Shown: positions 20,297 to 28,752, counted from the first letter of the stretch. The stretch is DNA of 64,000 bases from an uncultured Candidatus Saccharibacteria bacterium (GCA_964501445.1 CAZCSJ010000001.1:7248-71247), one strand, 5' to 3'. Numbers and translations are program-made. Notes: generated from the letters alone by a model not told the origin.

Positions 20297-21445
20297 CTAC
20301 CGTAACGTTACACGGAAGACCTCTGCAGTTTCGCGGTAGACCCTGTCTTGCAAGGGGTCGATCTCTTCGGTCGTGAGCGTGCGCTCGTTTGAGCGATAGG
20401 TGATGCGGTAGGTGTAGCTCACTTTACCTTTGCCGAATTTTTCCGGGTCTTCATAGCGATCCAGCAATTTTACTTCCTCCACAAGGTCCCCTCCGATGTC
20501 GCGGATGAGGTCAAAGTAGTTATTGGGAACGAAATCAGCATCTATGATAAAAGAAATGTCGCGGGTGATCGCGGGGTATTTGCTGACTTCTTTGTATGTC
20601 GTCCCGAGTGCGAGTTGGCGCGTGATACGCGGGTCATGCGACCAAAGCAATCGGATGTCCGGCAGATCCATTGAAATGATCGCAAGGCGCTCCAGTCCAA
20701 ATCCGAATGCCCAGCCGTTGTACTGTTTCGGATCAATACCGAAATTCCCGAGCACCACAGGCCGCACGAGTCCCCCGCCGAGCACCTCAATCCAGCGCTC
20801 CCCCACTTTGATTTCCATTTCAATGCTGGGGTCAGTGTAGGGAAAGGTGTCGCGATTGAAGCGGTACTGAATGTCGGGGCCGTAGATGGCGCGCGCGACC
20901 TCTGCGAGCGCCTCTTCCAAGTCCTCGGGCGTGATTATTTTCTGGTCACTGGGCGCAAGATACAGCCCGTCCATCTGGTGGAAAATATTCATGTGGTTTC
21001 GGTCTATCTCATCTTTCCGATACACTTTCCCATATGAGAACACCTTGAGCGGCTCATTCTTTTTGATTTTTTCTTTAATGTGCGGCGAGTTTACATAGTA
21101 GTACCACATGACTGTCGTGTGGGTGCGGAGGATATTTTGGGGATCCACATAGTAAGTGTCTGAGGGGCTGCGTACAGGGTGGTCTGCGGGGAAATTAAAA
21201 AGATCAAAGCTGATGTCCGCCGGGACAACTTCCGGCGCATCAATCACATCAAACCCTTTGAAATACTCAAGCGCGATAATGCGTCCGACAAGCTCATGTA
21301 TTGGACTTCCGGGGGTGCGTGAGAGATCCGGCATTTTCAAAAAACGCACGAGCCGTTTTGCTTCTGCATCGCTTCGCGCTTCAAGCGATGCGCGAAATTT
21401 CTGTTCTTCGCTTTTATCAATTGTTATCTCCATAAGGATGCGCAT
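20297..21445 (-). CDS. pheS: Single-chain phenylalanine--tRNA ligase (PheS-type catalytic core fused to a C-terminal FDX-ACB domain, mitochondrial-type)
   Basis: About 382 aa. Class II core (HP.R...DT.Y, GWAFGFGLERLA). The C-terminus KYPAITRDISF...IGGDLVEEVKLLD...YRITYRS.ERTLT closely resembles the FDX-ACB domain of monomeric mitochondrial PheRS. Start could be 21448, 21445 or 21433. Confidence 0.85.
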   Translation of the reverse strand: MRILMEITIDKSEEQKFRASLEARSDAEAKRLVRFLKMPDLSRTPGSPIHELVGRIIALEYFKGFDVIDAPEVVPADISFDLFNFPADHPVRSPSDTYYVDPQNILRTHTTVMWYYYVNSPHIKEKIKKNEPLKVFSYGKVYRKDEIDRNHMNIFHQMDGLYLAPSDQKIITPEDLEEALAEVARAIYGPDIQYRFNRDTFPYTDPSIEMEIKVGERWIEVLGGGLVRPVVLGNFGIDPKQYNGWAFGFGLERLAIISMDLPDIRLLWSHDPRITRQLALGTTYKEVSKYPAITRDISFIIDADFVPNNYFDLIRDIGGDLVEEVKLLDRYEDPEKFGKGKVSYTYRITYRSNERTLTTEEIDPLQDRVYRETAEVFRVTLR

Positions 21446-21451
21446 CAAGAA

Positions 21452-21525
21452 GTCATTCTGAGCGAAGTCCCGCTAAGCGGGCGAGTGAAGAATCTCCGGA
21501 GATCCTTCACTGCGTTCAGGATGAC
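21452..21525. repeat. Family-E palindromic element (GTCATYCTGAGCGAAG type)
   Basis: GTCATTCTGAGCGAAGT...CACTGCGTTCAGGATGAC with nested hairpins. A related copy lies at 35355-35421. Confidence 0.8.
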
Positions 21526-21599
21526 GCACTGATGTCAGATATGAATTCCAGTGTAACGTGGCATTTCCCTGATTACAACTCTCGTGTCCGAACATCAAA

Positions 21600-23093
21600 T
21601 CACCGTACTTTCTTAAGATTCTTGAGCGCTTCAAAGAGGTCCGCTCCTTCGGAGAGCGAGGGTCGCGCGGGGGTCTGCCGGGCGAGCGCCGCGCCATGGA
21701 TGAATTCGCTCTCAAGGTATGTGATGATCGCGCGTATGTCTGATATCCGATTACGAGAGCCAAGCGTGATGATTGCAACAGGCCGCGCGCCGTATTCGGA
21801 AACCCGCACCGCATACACCCCGGCCATGGTCTGGAGCGATTCTTCAATCCATCCCGCTTTTCCGCCCAAAAACCGCTTGTCGCCCGCAGGCCAGTTGATG
21901 TTGCGCCAGTTGTGGCGCGCTTTTTTGTTTTCCGCAACCGCAGAGTATTCGCGCGCTTTGGTCGCCTCCAACAAGTCGGGGTGCGTATCTCTGATGTAGC
22001 GGAGGAGTTTAAAAAGGTCGGAGGCGCTCGCGATATTATCAAAATCAAGTCCGCTTGAATCCTCGTACACGGTTTTGGTCATGCCAAGTTCTCGCGCCTT
22101 TTGATTCATAAGGTCAAGGAAACCGGGTACTGCAAGTTCAAGTGCTTTAGCGGCGTCGTTTGATGAAGGCAGCATCATGCCGTAAAGGAGGTTTTTTGCA
22201 GTAAATTGCTCCCCTTTCACAAATCCTCCGGAGTTTCCGTAGGTGTCCAGCGCCTCGGGAGTAATTTCCACAAAGTCATCGGGCTCAAGGTGTTCCAATG
22301 CTACCACCGCGGTCATGAGTTTGGAGACCGACGCGAGCGGGAAGGTATCGTTGGTATTTTTCTCAAAAAGAATTTCGCCCGTTTCCAGATCCGCGGCAAG
22401 GGCAGAGGCGGCAGTTACTTCCGGCACGCGATGCGGGAAATTGGTGCGGCGAAAATAAGTGAATGGCGCCGGTGTTTTGACATCGGTATATGCGATGAGC
22501 ACCTGCATCCCGGGCGATACGAGTTCGTAGAGTTCTTTTGCGTCCGTGTATGACAGGCGGATGCCTCCGCCCGGCGCGGTATTTACGAGCGCGCGGCCGT
22601 GTGCCTTCGGAACACCATGGATCACGTAGTTTCCATAGAGATACAGCGTCCACGGGAGTGTAATTTTTTCCAATTTTGAGGGGTGGGTTTCGGCTTTTGC
22701 CTGAATCGTATAAAACCCGCTTGGCGTTTCAAAAAATCCGCCCTCCATGGGTTTTGCGACAATCGGGAAGGTGCGCACGAGCGTGCCGTGCTCATACAAA
22801 GCGAGTGTCATCTCGTGTAAGTCAGCGAAGAGAAAATCGCGCTCCTCCCAGACGAGCGGGTCGCGTTTTTTCAACACCTCCTTTTTTGAGGCAAAAAGCG
22901 GCGTTTCTTTGGGGACGTCAATATAGAAATCGTCTGCCGACACCCGCGAGGGGAAGTCAATAAACGGGAGTTCAGGCACAAGGTAGAGTTCAAGCTGGCC
23001 TGCGGCAAAGGTGAAGGAGGCAAAAATCACCACCAAGAGCCCGATGAATTCAACGGCATACAACGCCCCGTGTTTATCCATGTGGAGTTCCAT
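21600..23093 (-). CDS. Membrane-anchored fusion of a YkuD (L,D-transpeptidase)-like domain and a D-alanyl-D-alanine carboxypeptidase (peptidase S11, PBP5-like)
   Basis: 497 aa. YkuD-like VIHG....GGGIRLSYTDAKELYELV. S11 motifs SVSK (SxxK), SSND (SxN) and KAG (KTG-like). Confidence 0.85.
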   Translation of the reverse strand: MELHMDKHGALYAVEFIGLLVVIFASFTFAAGQLELYLVPELPFIDFPSRVSADDFYIDVPKETPLFASKKEVLKKRDPLVWEERDFLFADLHEMTLALYEHGTLVRTFPIVAKPMEGGFFETPSGFYTIQAKAETHPSKLEKITLPWTLYLYGNYVIHGVPKAHGRALVNTAPGGGIRLSYTDAKELYELVSPGMQVLIAYTDVKTPAPFTYFRRTNFPHRVPEVTAASALAADLETGEILFEKNTNDTFPLASVSKLMTAVVALEHLEPDDFVEITPEALDTYGNSGGFVKGEQFTAKNLLYGMMLPSSNDAAKALELAVPGFLDLMNQKARELGMTKTVYEDSSGLDFDNIASASDLFKLLRYIRDTHPDLLEATKAREYSAVAENKKARHNWRNINWPAGDKRFLGGKAGWIEESLQTMAGVYAVRVSEYGARPVAIITLGSRNRISDIRAIITYLESEFIHGAALARQTPARPSLSEGADLFEALKNLKKVR

Positions 23094-23215
23094 GAATTGA
23101 TTATACCAAAAAAAGAATAGCGGAGCGCTATTCTTTTTCTAAAGTCCTGAAGCGTGTTAGGGGGGCAGACCCCTGACAAATTGCCGTAGAGGAAGATTTC
23201 CTGCATAATCTCACT

Positions 23216-24853
23216 ATGATACCGAAACTCATTCTTGTCGCATTTGGGGCAATCGTGGCGGCGATTCCTTTGCCCTTTCTGCCTAATTTTTTCCCTCCAC
23301 CCCCTCCGCCTCCCCCGCTTTCCGAAAGGGAGTTCACCGAAAAGAGGTCCATCTACGTTGAATCTGTGGACGACACAGCACCCGACGAGTTTATTGATTA
23401 CGCGCTCGTTTCGGTGTGGAAACCGAAGCTCACGACCAAGGACGGCGCGGAGGGGTTCCTGCTCCCTTTTACCGTAAGAAACCTCGCGAAGCAAAAATAC
23501 GGAGTTCGCATCGCGCTTATCTGTGCCAACATTCACGTAGAGGATGTTTTCTATGACGTGCCACCCTACCGCGTGTGGTCAAGAGAACCGGTGAAATTCC
23601 TTTTTCACGGATTTCAAGATACCGTGAATGGCCGAGGAGAGGAAGCAGCGGCGTTTCGCGCAGGCAAAAAGACAGAGCAATGCAGTCTGCAAATCGTCGA
23701 GGTGCAACAGAGAAGTTTCTCCGACCCAAATGGACCGGCGGACGCTGACCTTTCGAACAACGCCTTTCGTTTTACGCTCACAATGCGTCGCGGTGCGCTT
23801 GCTCTTGAACATCTCGAGCGGGAGGCGCTTAGTGTCTCGGAGCGCGTAAAAAAGTTGAACCTGCCCCTCACCCAAGACGAACTCCAAACGTACACGTCCC
23901 TGGCCGCGGAACAATGCGTCAACGTGTTGATCTCAAGTTCCCGCCGCGGCACGTATTATAACGGCGAGCCAATTGAGCCGTCGCCTTCGCAGGCGCACAT
24001 CGCCGGCGACCGCATCGGGTATGTGAGGGGCAACACTGTTATCGTTGACGGAAAGGAGGTCGGAGCGCTCAATGACATTAACTTTCCTGTGACGCGCCCT
24101 GGCGAAAATCTCAAACTGAATGAAAAACACTTTGCCTATCATCGGCTGGTTGGTCTCGACGCCGACCGCGTGCCGATCTCTCACCTCATTTTTGACGGCA
24201 AGGACCTCGGCCCCGCCAACCTCTTCTTATACAGATTGAACGGCGACTTCGTCATCTATGGGCGGACTGATGAACAAGGCGGGAAGCGAGAGGAGGATCT
24301 CTTCGCAAACGGTAAAAAAATCGCCGATGGCGCGTTCGGGGATTATGACGGAAAGAATATTGCCTATATTGACTTCAATGACACCCAGCAACTTATCGTG
24401 AACGGGAAAAGCATCGGGTTTGGAGGCGATGTGACATTTCGAGACGGCCACACCGCTTTCATCAAGGGGAAAACCGAAAACGTTGTGGAACCGCACGTAA
24501 TGTACGACGGCAAAGATTTGGGAAGGGGCCGAGCGCCGGTTCTTGAAAAGAACCACATTGCCTTCATACGGGCGCCATCGGAAATTGATCCGCGATCAAA
24601 AGATGAATACCCTCGGGTCGTGTATGACAGGAAGGAATTCGGCAAGATCGGCGGTTTTGGGTGGAAGATCAGTCTTGCTGGCGACCACATTGCCTATCTG
24701 CGCCGGCTTGATGAAAGAGAAAATCCATTCGTGTATCCGGAGGATTTTGCTCGAGTCAACATTGACGGGAAAGATTACCCCGGCGATTTCCTCTCCAGCG
24801 ACGTGTATGTGGAAATCGCCGAAAAAGCAGACCGGCGCGGATGCAAAAAATGA
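23216..24853 (+). CDS. Membrane-anchored repeat protein (poly-Pro stretch, about 8 degenerate DGK.xG / hA(F/Y)(I/L)R repeats, beta-propeller-like)
   Basis: 545 aa. N-terminal hydrophobic anchor, PPPPPPPP, and recurring (V/Y/F)DGK(D/E).G and H(I/T)A(F/Y)(I/L)(R/K) units. No family assigned. Confidence 0.65.
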   Translation: MIPKLILVAFGAIVAAIPLPFLPNFFPPPPPPPPLSEREFTEKRSIYVESVDDTAPDEFIDYALVSVWKPKLTTKDGAEGFLLPFTVRNLAKQKYGVRIALICANIHVEDVFYDVPPYRVWSREPVKFLFHGFQDTVNGRGEEAAAFRAGKKTEQCSLQIVEVQQRSFSDPNGPADADLSNNAFRFTLTMRRGALALEHLEREALSVSERVKKLNLPLTQDELQTYTSLAAEQCVNVLISSSRRGTYYNGEPIEPSPSQAHIAGDRIGYVRGNTVIVDGKEVGALNDINFPVTRPGENLKLNEKHFAYHRLVGLDADRVPISHLIFDGKDLGPANLFLYRLNGDFVIYGRTDEQGGKREEDLFANGKKIADGAFGDYDGKNIAYIDFNDTQQLIVNGKSIGFGGDVTFRDGHTAFIKGKTENVVEPHVMYDGKDLGRGRAPVLEKNHIAFIRAPSEIDPRSKDEYPRVVYDRKEFGKIGGFGWKISLAGDHIAYLRRLDERENPFVYPEDFARVNIDGKDYPGDFLSSDVYVEIAEKADRRGCKK

Positions 24854-25112
24854 GTTTACGTATGGCGGTGACGGGCGCGACCCCAGTAGCAGTCCCGACG
24901 TAACGTCGGGACGCTACGGGGCAAGCCGGATTCCGCTTCGCTAGAACCGTCGCGGCGGCTCAACCAGGTGGACTCGCCACCGCTCTCGGAAACCCCTCGG
25001 TTTCCGTTCTTCCGCCACGGGAAAACTCCCGTTTTCCCGACCCCTTTCCCCGGTTCGAATCCGGTCGTAAAGAGAAAATTCCGGTACACAAGGCACCGAA
25101 ATCTTCTCTTTA

Positions 25113-25188
25113 CGGGCGCGACCGGATTCGAACCGGCGATCTCCACAGTGACAGTGTGGCGTGTTAGACCAGGCTACACCACGCGCCC
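25113..25188 (-). tRNA. tRNA-Asp (anticodon GTC)
   Basis: 76 nt. Acceptor GGGCGCG/CGCGCCC, anticodon loop CTGTCAC, T arm GCCGG-TTCGAAT-CCGGT. Confidence 0.92.
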
Positions 25189-25202
25189 AATATGCAGTTG
25201 TA

Positions 25203-25273
25203 TGCCGATGGGAGGAATTGAACCTCCTTCCGAGCTTTATGAGGGCTCTGCTTTACCATTAAGCTACACCGGC
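25203..25273 (-). tRNA. tRNA-Met (anticodon CAT; elongator, or an Ile2 precursor)
   Basis: 71 nt. Acceptor GCCGGTG/CATCGGC, D arm GCTT/AAGC, anticodon loop CTCATAA, T arm GGAGG-TTCAATT-CCTCC. Confidence 0.85.
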
Positions 25274-25356
25274 AAGCACTCACAGAGTAACAGAATATAT
25301 GTGAGAATTCAACGGATCGGTATTGAGTTTTTTCATCTAATGGGCTACTATCCTCT

Positions 25357-25427
25357 TGCGGGGTAGAGGAGAAGTACCTCGCGAGGCTCATAACCTCGAG
25401 ACGCCCGTGCAATTCGGGCCCCCGCAA
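25357..25427 (+). tRNA. tRNA-Met (anticodon CAT), initiator-like
   Basis: 71 nt. The ends TGCGGGG...CCCCGCA-A resemble E. coli tRNA-fMet (CGCGGGG...CCCCGCAACCA). Anticodon loop CTCATAA, G30-C40 and G31-C39 present. The T loop is the unusual TGCAATT. Confidence 0.75.
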
Positions 25428-25439
25428 CACAGATGTCTC

Positions 25440-25475
25440 CACCAAAAAGACCGCATGCGTGCGGTCTTTTTGGTG
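25440..25475. terminator. Bidirectional intrinsic terminator
   Basis: 16-bp stem CACCAAAAAGACCGCA/TGCGGTCTTTTTGGTG between the + strand tRNA and the convergent minus-strand CDS. Confidence 0.8.
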
Positions 25476-25497
25476 AGTGAAAATTTGCGCCGAAACC

Positions 25498-26628
25498 TTA
25501 GAACCCAAACCAATCAACAACTTTCTCCCAAAGCGAAGCCGAATAATTTTTATAGGTATAGTAGGAAAGCTGATCCCTGGTATTCCCCATTGATCGTTTC
25601 TCTTCGGGTTTCTGCTGCTCTTCTCTCTGAATGGTCTGCTGCAGCTTCTCTTCCAATCTCTGGAGGCGGTTTCGCATATCGTTGCTTATGTTTGACTTAT
25701 TTCTCACCGCACTCATCACTTTCCAAAGCTCCTGGTCCACCTCGTTTATGAGCGTGTTCGCTTCGCGGAAATCGCCGGAATTCACGGCATCATAGACGGG
25801 TGCCAAAACCTCTTGTATATCGCTTCTCACGCTCTCCGATTTTATTACCTTCAACCGCCGGGTCATCTCCGCTAATCTGTTTAACACGCCGAACATCTCG
25901 CCGGGGTGGGCGCCGTCTTCATAAACCACTTGCATTGCTTCCTGCGCTTCCTCTAAATTGCCCTGCGCCAGATTCTCCCGCGCGTGGCTGACCGCGGCCT
26001 TCACTTCCTCAATTTTCACTCTCACCTTCTCCATATCTATCCCTTCCACCACGAATGTCTTTTTATTTATCATCTTCTCCAATCGTTTCATCTCGCGCTC
26101 TATCCCCTTGAGTTCGTTGGGCAGTTCTATTTTTACCCTGATATTGTTCATGGTGTCCCATATTTGCGCATCATAGAAATCCTGAAGAGTGTCGCGCGAA
26201 ACCCTGTCCTTGGAACCCCTGAGCGCTGCCTCGGTGGCAGAAACTTGCATTACCAATTCGTTCAATTTTGCTGTTTCGGCGGTAAATCCGGCCTTCGTTG
26301 CCTTTTTAATGATCCTGTTTGCCTCCCGTTTGATATCTTTTATCTGCCGGAGCACATCCCGTATCTCCTGCGGATCAACAAATTCTTCTCTCCTATCTTC
26401 TTCAGGAATTCCGGGTCCCTTCTCTGATTCGAGTGAAGGGGGAGGCGGTGGCGGCGCCGGCGCCCGCTCCTCAACCGGTTTTACTGTGGGCTGCGGCATC
26501 ACTTCCGCGGGTGCGGGTGCGGATACGGAAGGAGCCGGTACCGCGGTTTCTTGCGCAAAGAGCATCAACGGCGCAAGAAACGCAATGGATGTGCCCGTGA
26601 GAATATGAATAATAAAGTTACCTTTCAT
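25498..26628 (-). CDS. Secreted alpha-helical/coiled-coil protein with a Pro-rich N-terminal region
   Basis: 376 aa. Signal peptide, APAPPPPPPS stretch, then a long charged helical region. No family assigned. Confidence 0.7.
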   Translation of the reverse strand: MKGNFIIHILTGTSIAFLAPLMLFAQETAVPAPSVSAPAPAEVMPQPTVKPVEERAPAPPPPPPSLESEKGPGIPEEDRREEFVDPQEIRDVLRQIKDIKREANRIIKKATKAGFTAETAKLNELVMQVSATEAALRGSKDRVSRDTLQDFYDAQIWDTMNNIRVKIELPNELKGIEREMKRLEKMINKKTFVVEGIDMEKVRVKIEEVKAAVSHARENLAQGNLEEAQEAMQVVYEDGAHPGEMFGVLNRLAEMTRRLKVIKSESVRSDIQEVLAPVYDAVNSGDFREANTLINEVDQELWKVMSAVRNKSNISNDMRNRLQRLEEKLQQTIQREEQQKPEEKRSMGNTRDQLSYYTYKNYSASLWEKVVDWFGF

Positions 26629-26729
26629 GTATGTAGAGAAATTATGTTATGACTCTGCCTCATTCGACATCACAATTATACCAACCAAAGAATCGTCATG
26701 CAATTGGCGTACGCGAAGGGATATGCACA

Positions 26730-26768
26730 CCTAAAAATCCCCTTCGACATGCTCAGGGGATTTTTAGG
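26730..26768. terminator. Hairpin terminator downstream of the 26797..27987 gene
   Basis: 13-bp stem CCTAAAAATCCCC/GGGGATTTTTAGG. The loop carries a family-C half-site, CCTTCGACATGCTCAGG. Confidence 0.65.
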
Positions 26769-26796
26769 ATTTCGGGGTTTCCCTCTGCGAGTTGCT

Positions 26797-27987
26797 TTAG
26801 ATCTTAATCCCCACGAGCGAATTCTGATTTTTCCGCTCCTCGGCCTTTTTCATAATGGTAAATACCGTAAACGCCGTTGCCGCAACCGAGAGAATAATAA
26901 TCACCGCGGCAAAGAGGAAGGAGTTTCGTTCAAGCGAGGCGAGGGCCGCGGCAAGACCCTTCTCGGAATCGCCTGTTTTTGCGCTCTCCCCTGCTTTCAC
27001 AAATCCGTTTTCAAGGCAAAGTTTTTCCGTAGGATCCACTTCCGGAGCTTTGGGTGCAAGCGCAATAGATGCGACGGTGCGCGTCGGCTGTGTCGCCGCT
27101 GCTGCCGGATTTACCGCAACCCGGCACGTTGCCGAGGCACTCCGACCCGCCTCATCGCGCGCCGTTACCGTGGCACTTTTCGTTCCGGTACTTGTAAATG
27201 TGGCGGTCTTGGCAGCGCCGCTTCCCGAGACGTCTCCTGTCCATGAAAAGGTTGTCTGGCCTGTTCCCCCTGATGCGCCGCCAGCAAAGGTTACCCGATC
27301 GCCAACCCGGATGGTCGAAGGACTTGTCACGCAGGACGCCGCAAAGGATGCAGGTATTGGCGCAGGAGCCCGATTCACGAGCACGGTCTTATTTGCCGAT
27401 GCAGATCCGCCGCTTGCATTGGTGCACACGAGCGAGTAGGTAGTGTTTACGGCGGGCGTTACACGTTCAGTACCCGAAAGAAGTTTTGTGCCAGACCAGA
27501 TCCCCCCTGATGCGATACATGTGCTCGCCCCGGAAGAACTCCAGGCAAGAGTTGCTGCCTCGCCGGAGGCAACACTTTCAGGAACGGCATTTAATGTAGC
27601 TGTGACACCCGCAATCCCGCTTCCCGTACCGGTGGTGGATACGGGGGTAACGGTGGTCGGCACCGAAACAGAAACGGTAACGCGCTGAGAGGCCGACCCC
27701 TCAGGACCCGTGCATACGATCGCGTATTCTGTGGTTTGGCGCGGCGCGTCCCATGCCGAACCATAGGTTTGGAGGTATCCGCTCCATCCGCCTGATGCGA
27801 CACAATACGAAGCATTGGACGCGTTCCAGGAGAGCGACACCGCCTGTCCCTGCGAAACGGATGTGGGGTTTGCGTTAAACGTAAGCGTCGGGGGCGCGGC
27901 AAACACCGGTGCGGCAGTCAACACAAACACCGCGATCCCAAACGCGATCCCACACACAATTCGTTTTGCGAGTTGAAGTTTTTCCAT
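26797..27987 (-). CDS. Cell-surface protein with repeated Ig-like/PKD-like modules and a C-terminal TM anchor
   Basis: 396 aa. Signal peptide. Repeated ..LSWN(A/S)S.AS.C.ASGGWSG...Y.(I/L)VCT modules. PKD-like TFSWTGDVSG...VTARDEAGRSASATC. C-terminal hydrophobic helix. Confidence 0.75.
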   Translation of the reverse strand: MEKLQLAKRIVCGIAFGIAVFVLTAAPVFAAPPTLTFNANPTSVSQGQAVSLSWNASNASYCVASGGWSGYLQTYGSAWDAPRQTTEYAIVCTGPEGSASQRVTVSVSVPTTVTPVSTTGTGSGIAGVTATLNAVPESVASGEAATLAWSSSGASTCIASGGIWSGTKLLSGTERVTPAVNTTYSLVCTNASGGSASANKTVLVNRAPAPIPASFAASCVTSPSTIRVGDRVTFAGGASGGTGQTTFSWTGDVSGSGAAKTATFTSTGTKSATVTARDEAGRSASATCRVAVNPAAAATQPTRTVASIALAPKAPEVDPTEKLCLENGFVKAGESAKTGDSEKGLAAALASLERNSFLFAAVIIILSVAATAFTVFTIMKKAEERKNQNSLVGIKI

Positions 27988-28107
27988 ATCATCACCAATT
28001 CTATGGTATCTATATATTACGACAAAATATAAAAATTGTCAATACAACAGCGTGAATTGCCTTTATATAAGAGAAAAATATCCGATGTTACTTCGTGAAA
28101 GTGCGCG

Positions 28108-28743
28108 TTAGAGCACCTTGAGCTCCTTAAATGCCTTTTCGTAGGCCTTGAGCGCGTAGCGAATGGAGTCTTGAGGATGCTGGGCGGTCGGTTCGTGCGC
28201 AACGAGATTTCGCAGGCGATGCGCTGACCACACGTCGTCAAGCGACGGCATCTGGACGCGGTCCACAATTTTCAGGCGGTCCGAGAGCGTTTCGCCCTGA
28301 TACCCAAAACGTTGGAGCGTTTCGTCAAGAAGCGCATCTGCCCGAAGAACCGCCATGTTCCAATCCGATGCGTTCGCGGAAGCGGCGAGGGCCTGGATCT
28401 GTATCCAATTCTCCGTTACCGCACGCATCGCACCTGCCGTCTCATCGCGGGCATAGACCGCGGTCGGGTACGCGAGCTGCTGCCGGACGCGTTCATGGTA
28501 GCGGATGGCGTTGCGTATGATGAACGTAATGAGGAGGAGATTTACGAGGGAAAACGCAATTGCCGCAAGCCTATTTGCACTCCTCCAATCAAACCCATAC
28601 CACCATGTGAGGAAATCGCGATACCACCCAACCCCCGTGGTGACGTAATTTCCCAAGAGCGCTGCAAAAACGATAAACGCAAGCACTGCGAGGGCAATCT
28701 CTGCAAACGTCGTGGTGAGATTTGATGTACTCTTTTCGTCCAT
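28108..28743 (-). CDS. Membrane protein with 3 N-terminal TM helices and a C-terminal HEPN/DUF4145-like domain
   Basis: 211 aa. The C-terminal helical domain carries WSAHRLRNLVAHE (R178-N-x3-H183, codons 28212-28195), the Rx4-6H HEPN signature. Confidence 0.6.
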   Translation of the reverse strand: MDEKSTSNLTTTFAEIALAVLAFIVFAALLGNYVTTGVGWYRDFLTWWYGFDWRSANRLAAIAFSLVNLLLITFIIRNAIRYHERVRQQLAYPTAVYARDETAGAMRAVTENWIQIQALAASANASDWNMAVLRADALLDETLQRFGYQGETLSDRLKIVDRVQMPSLDDVWSAHRLRNLVAHEPTAQHPQDSIRYALKAYEKAFKELKVL

Positions 28744-28752
28744 ATGAGTGGA

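Noticed and set aside
21473-22048. 191-aa minus-strand ORF overlapping the carboxypeptidase gene in another frame
   Set aside because: This is an alternative frame of a confidently identified gene. It starts inside the family-E repeat and its composition is not protein-like.
23027-23536. 169-aa minus-strand ORF spanning the divergent region at 23094-23215
   Set aside because: It overlaps both the start of the carboxypeptidase gene and the + strand repeat-protein gene. Its Gly/Arg runs are the complement of the poly-Pro tract.
24856-25110. Possible tmRNA, SRP RNA, or tRNA with an intron or long variable arm
   Set aside because: There is no G-C-rich acceptor with G3-U70, no credible tag ORF, no GGAAGCAGC-type SRP domain IV motif and no anticodon arm. 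It is kept only as an unassigned structured block in the findings.
24856-25366. ORFs 24856-25146 (-) and 24968-25366 (+)
   Set aside because: They run straight through three tRNA genes and the hairpin block, so they are not coding.
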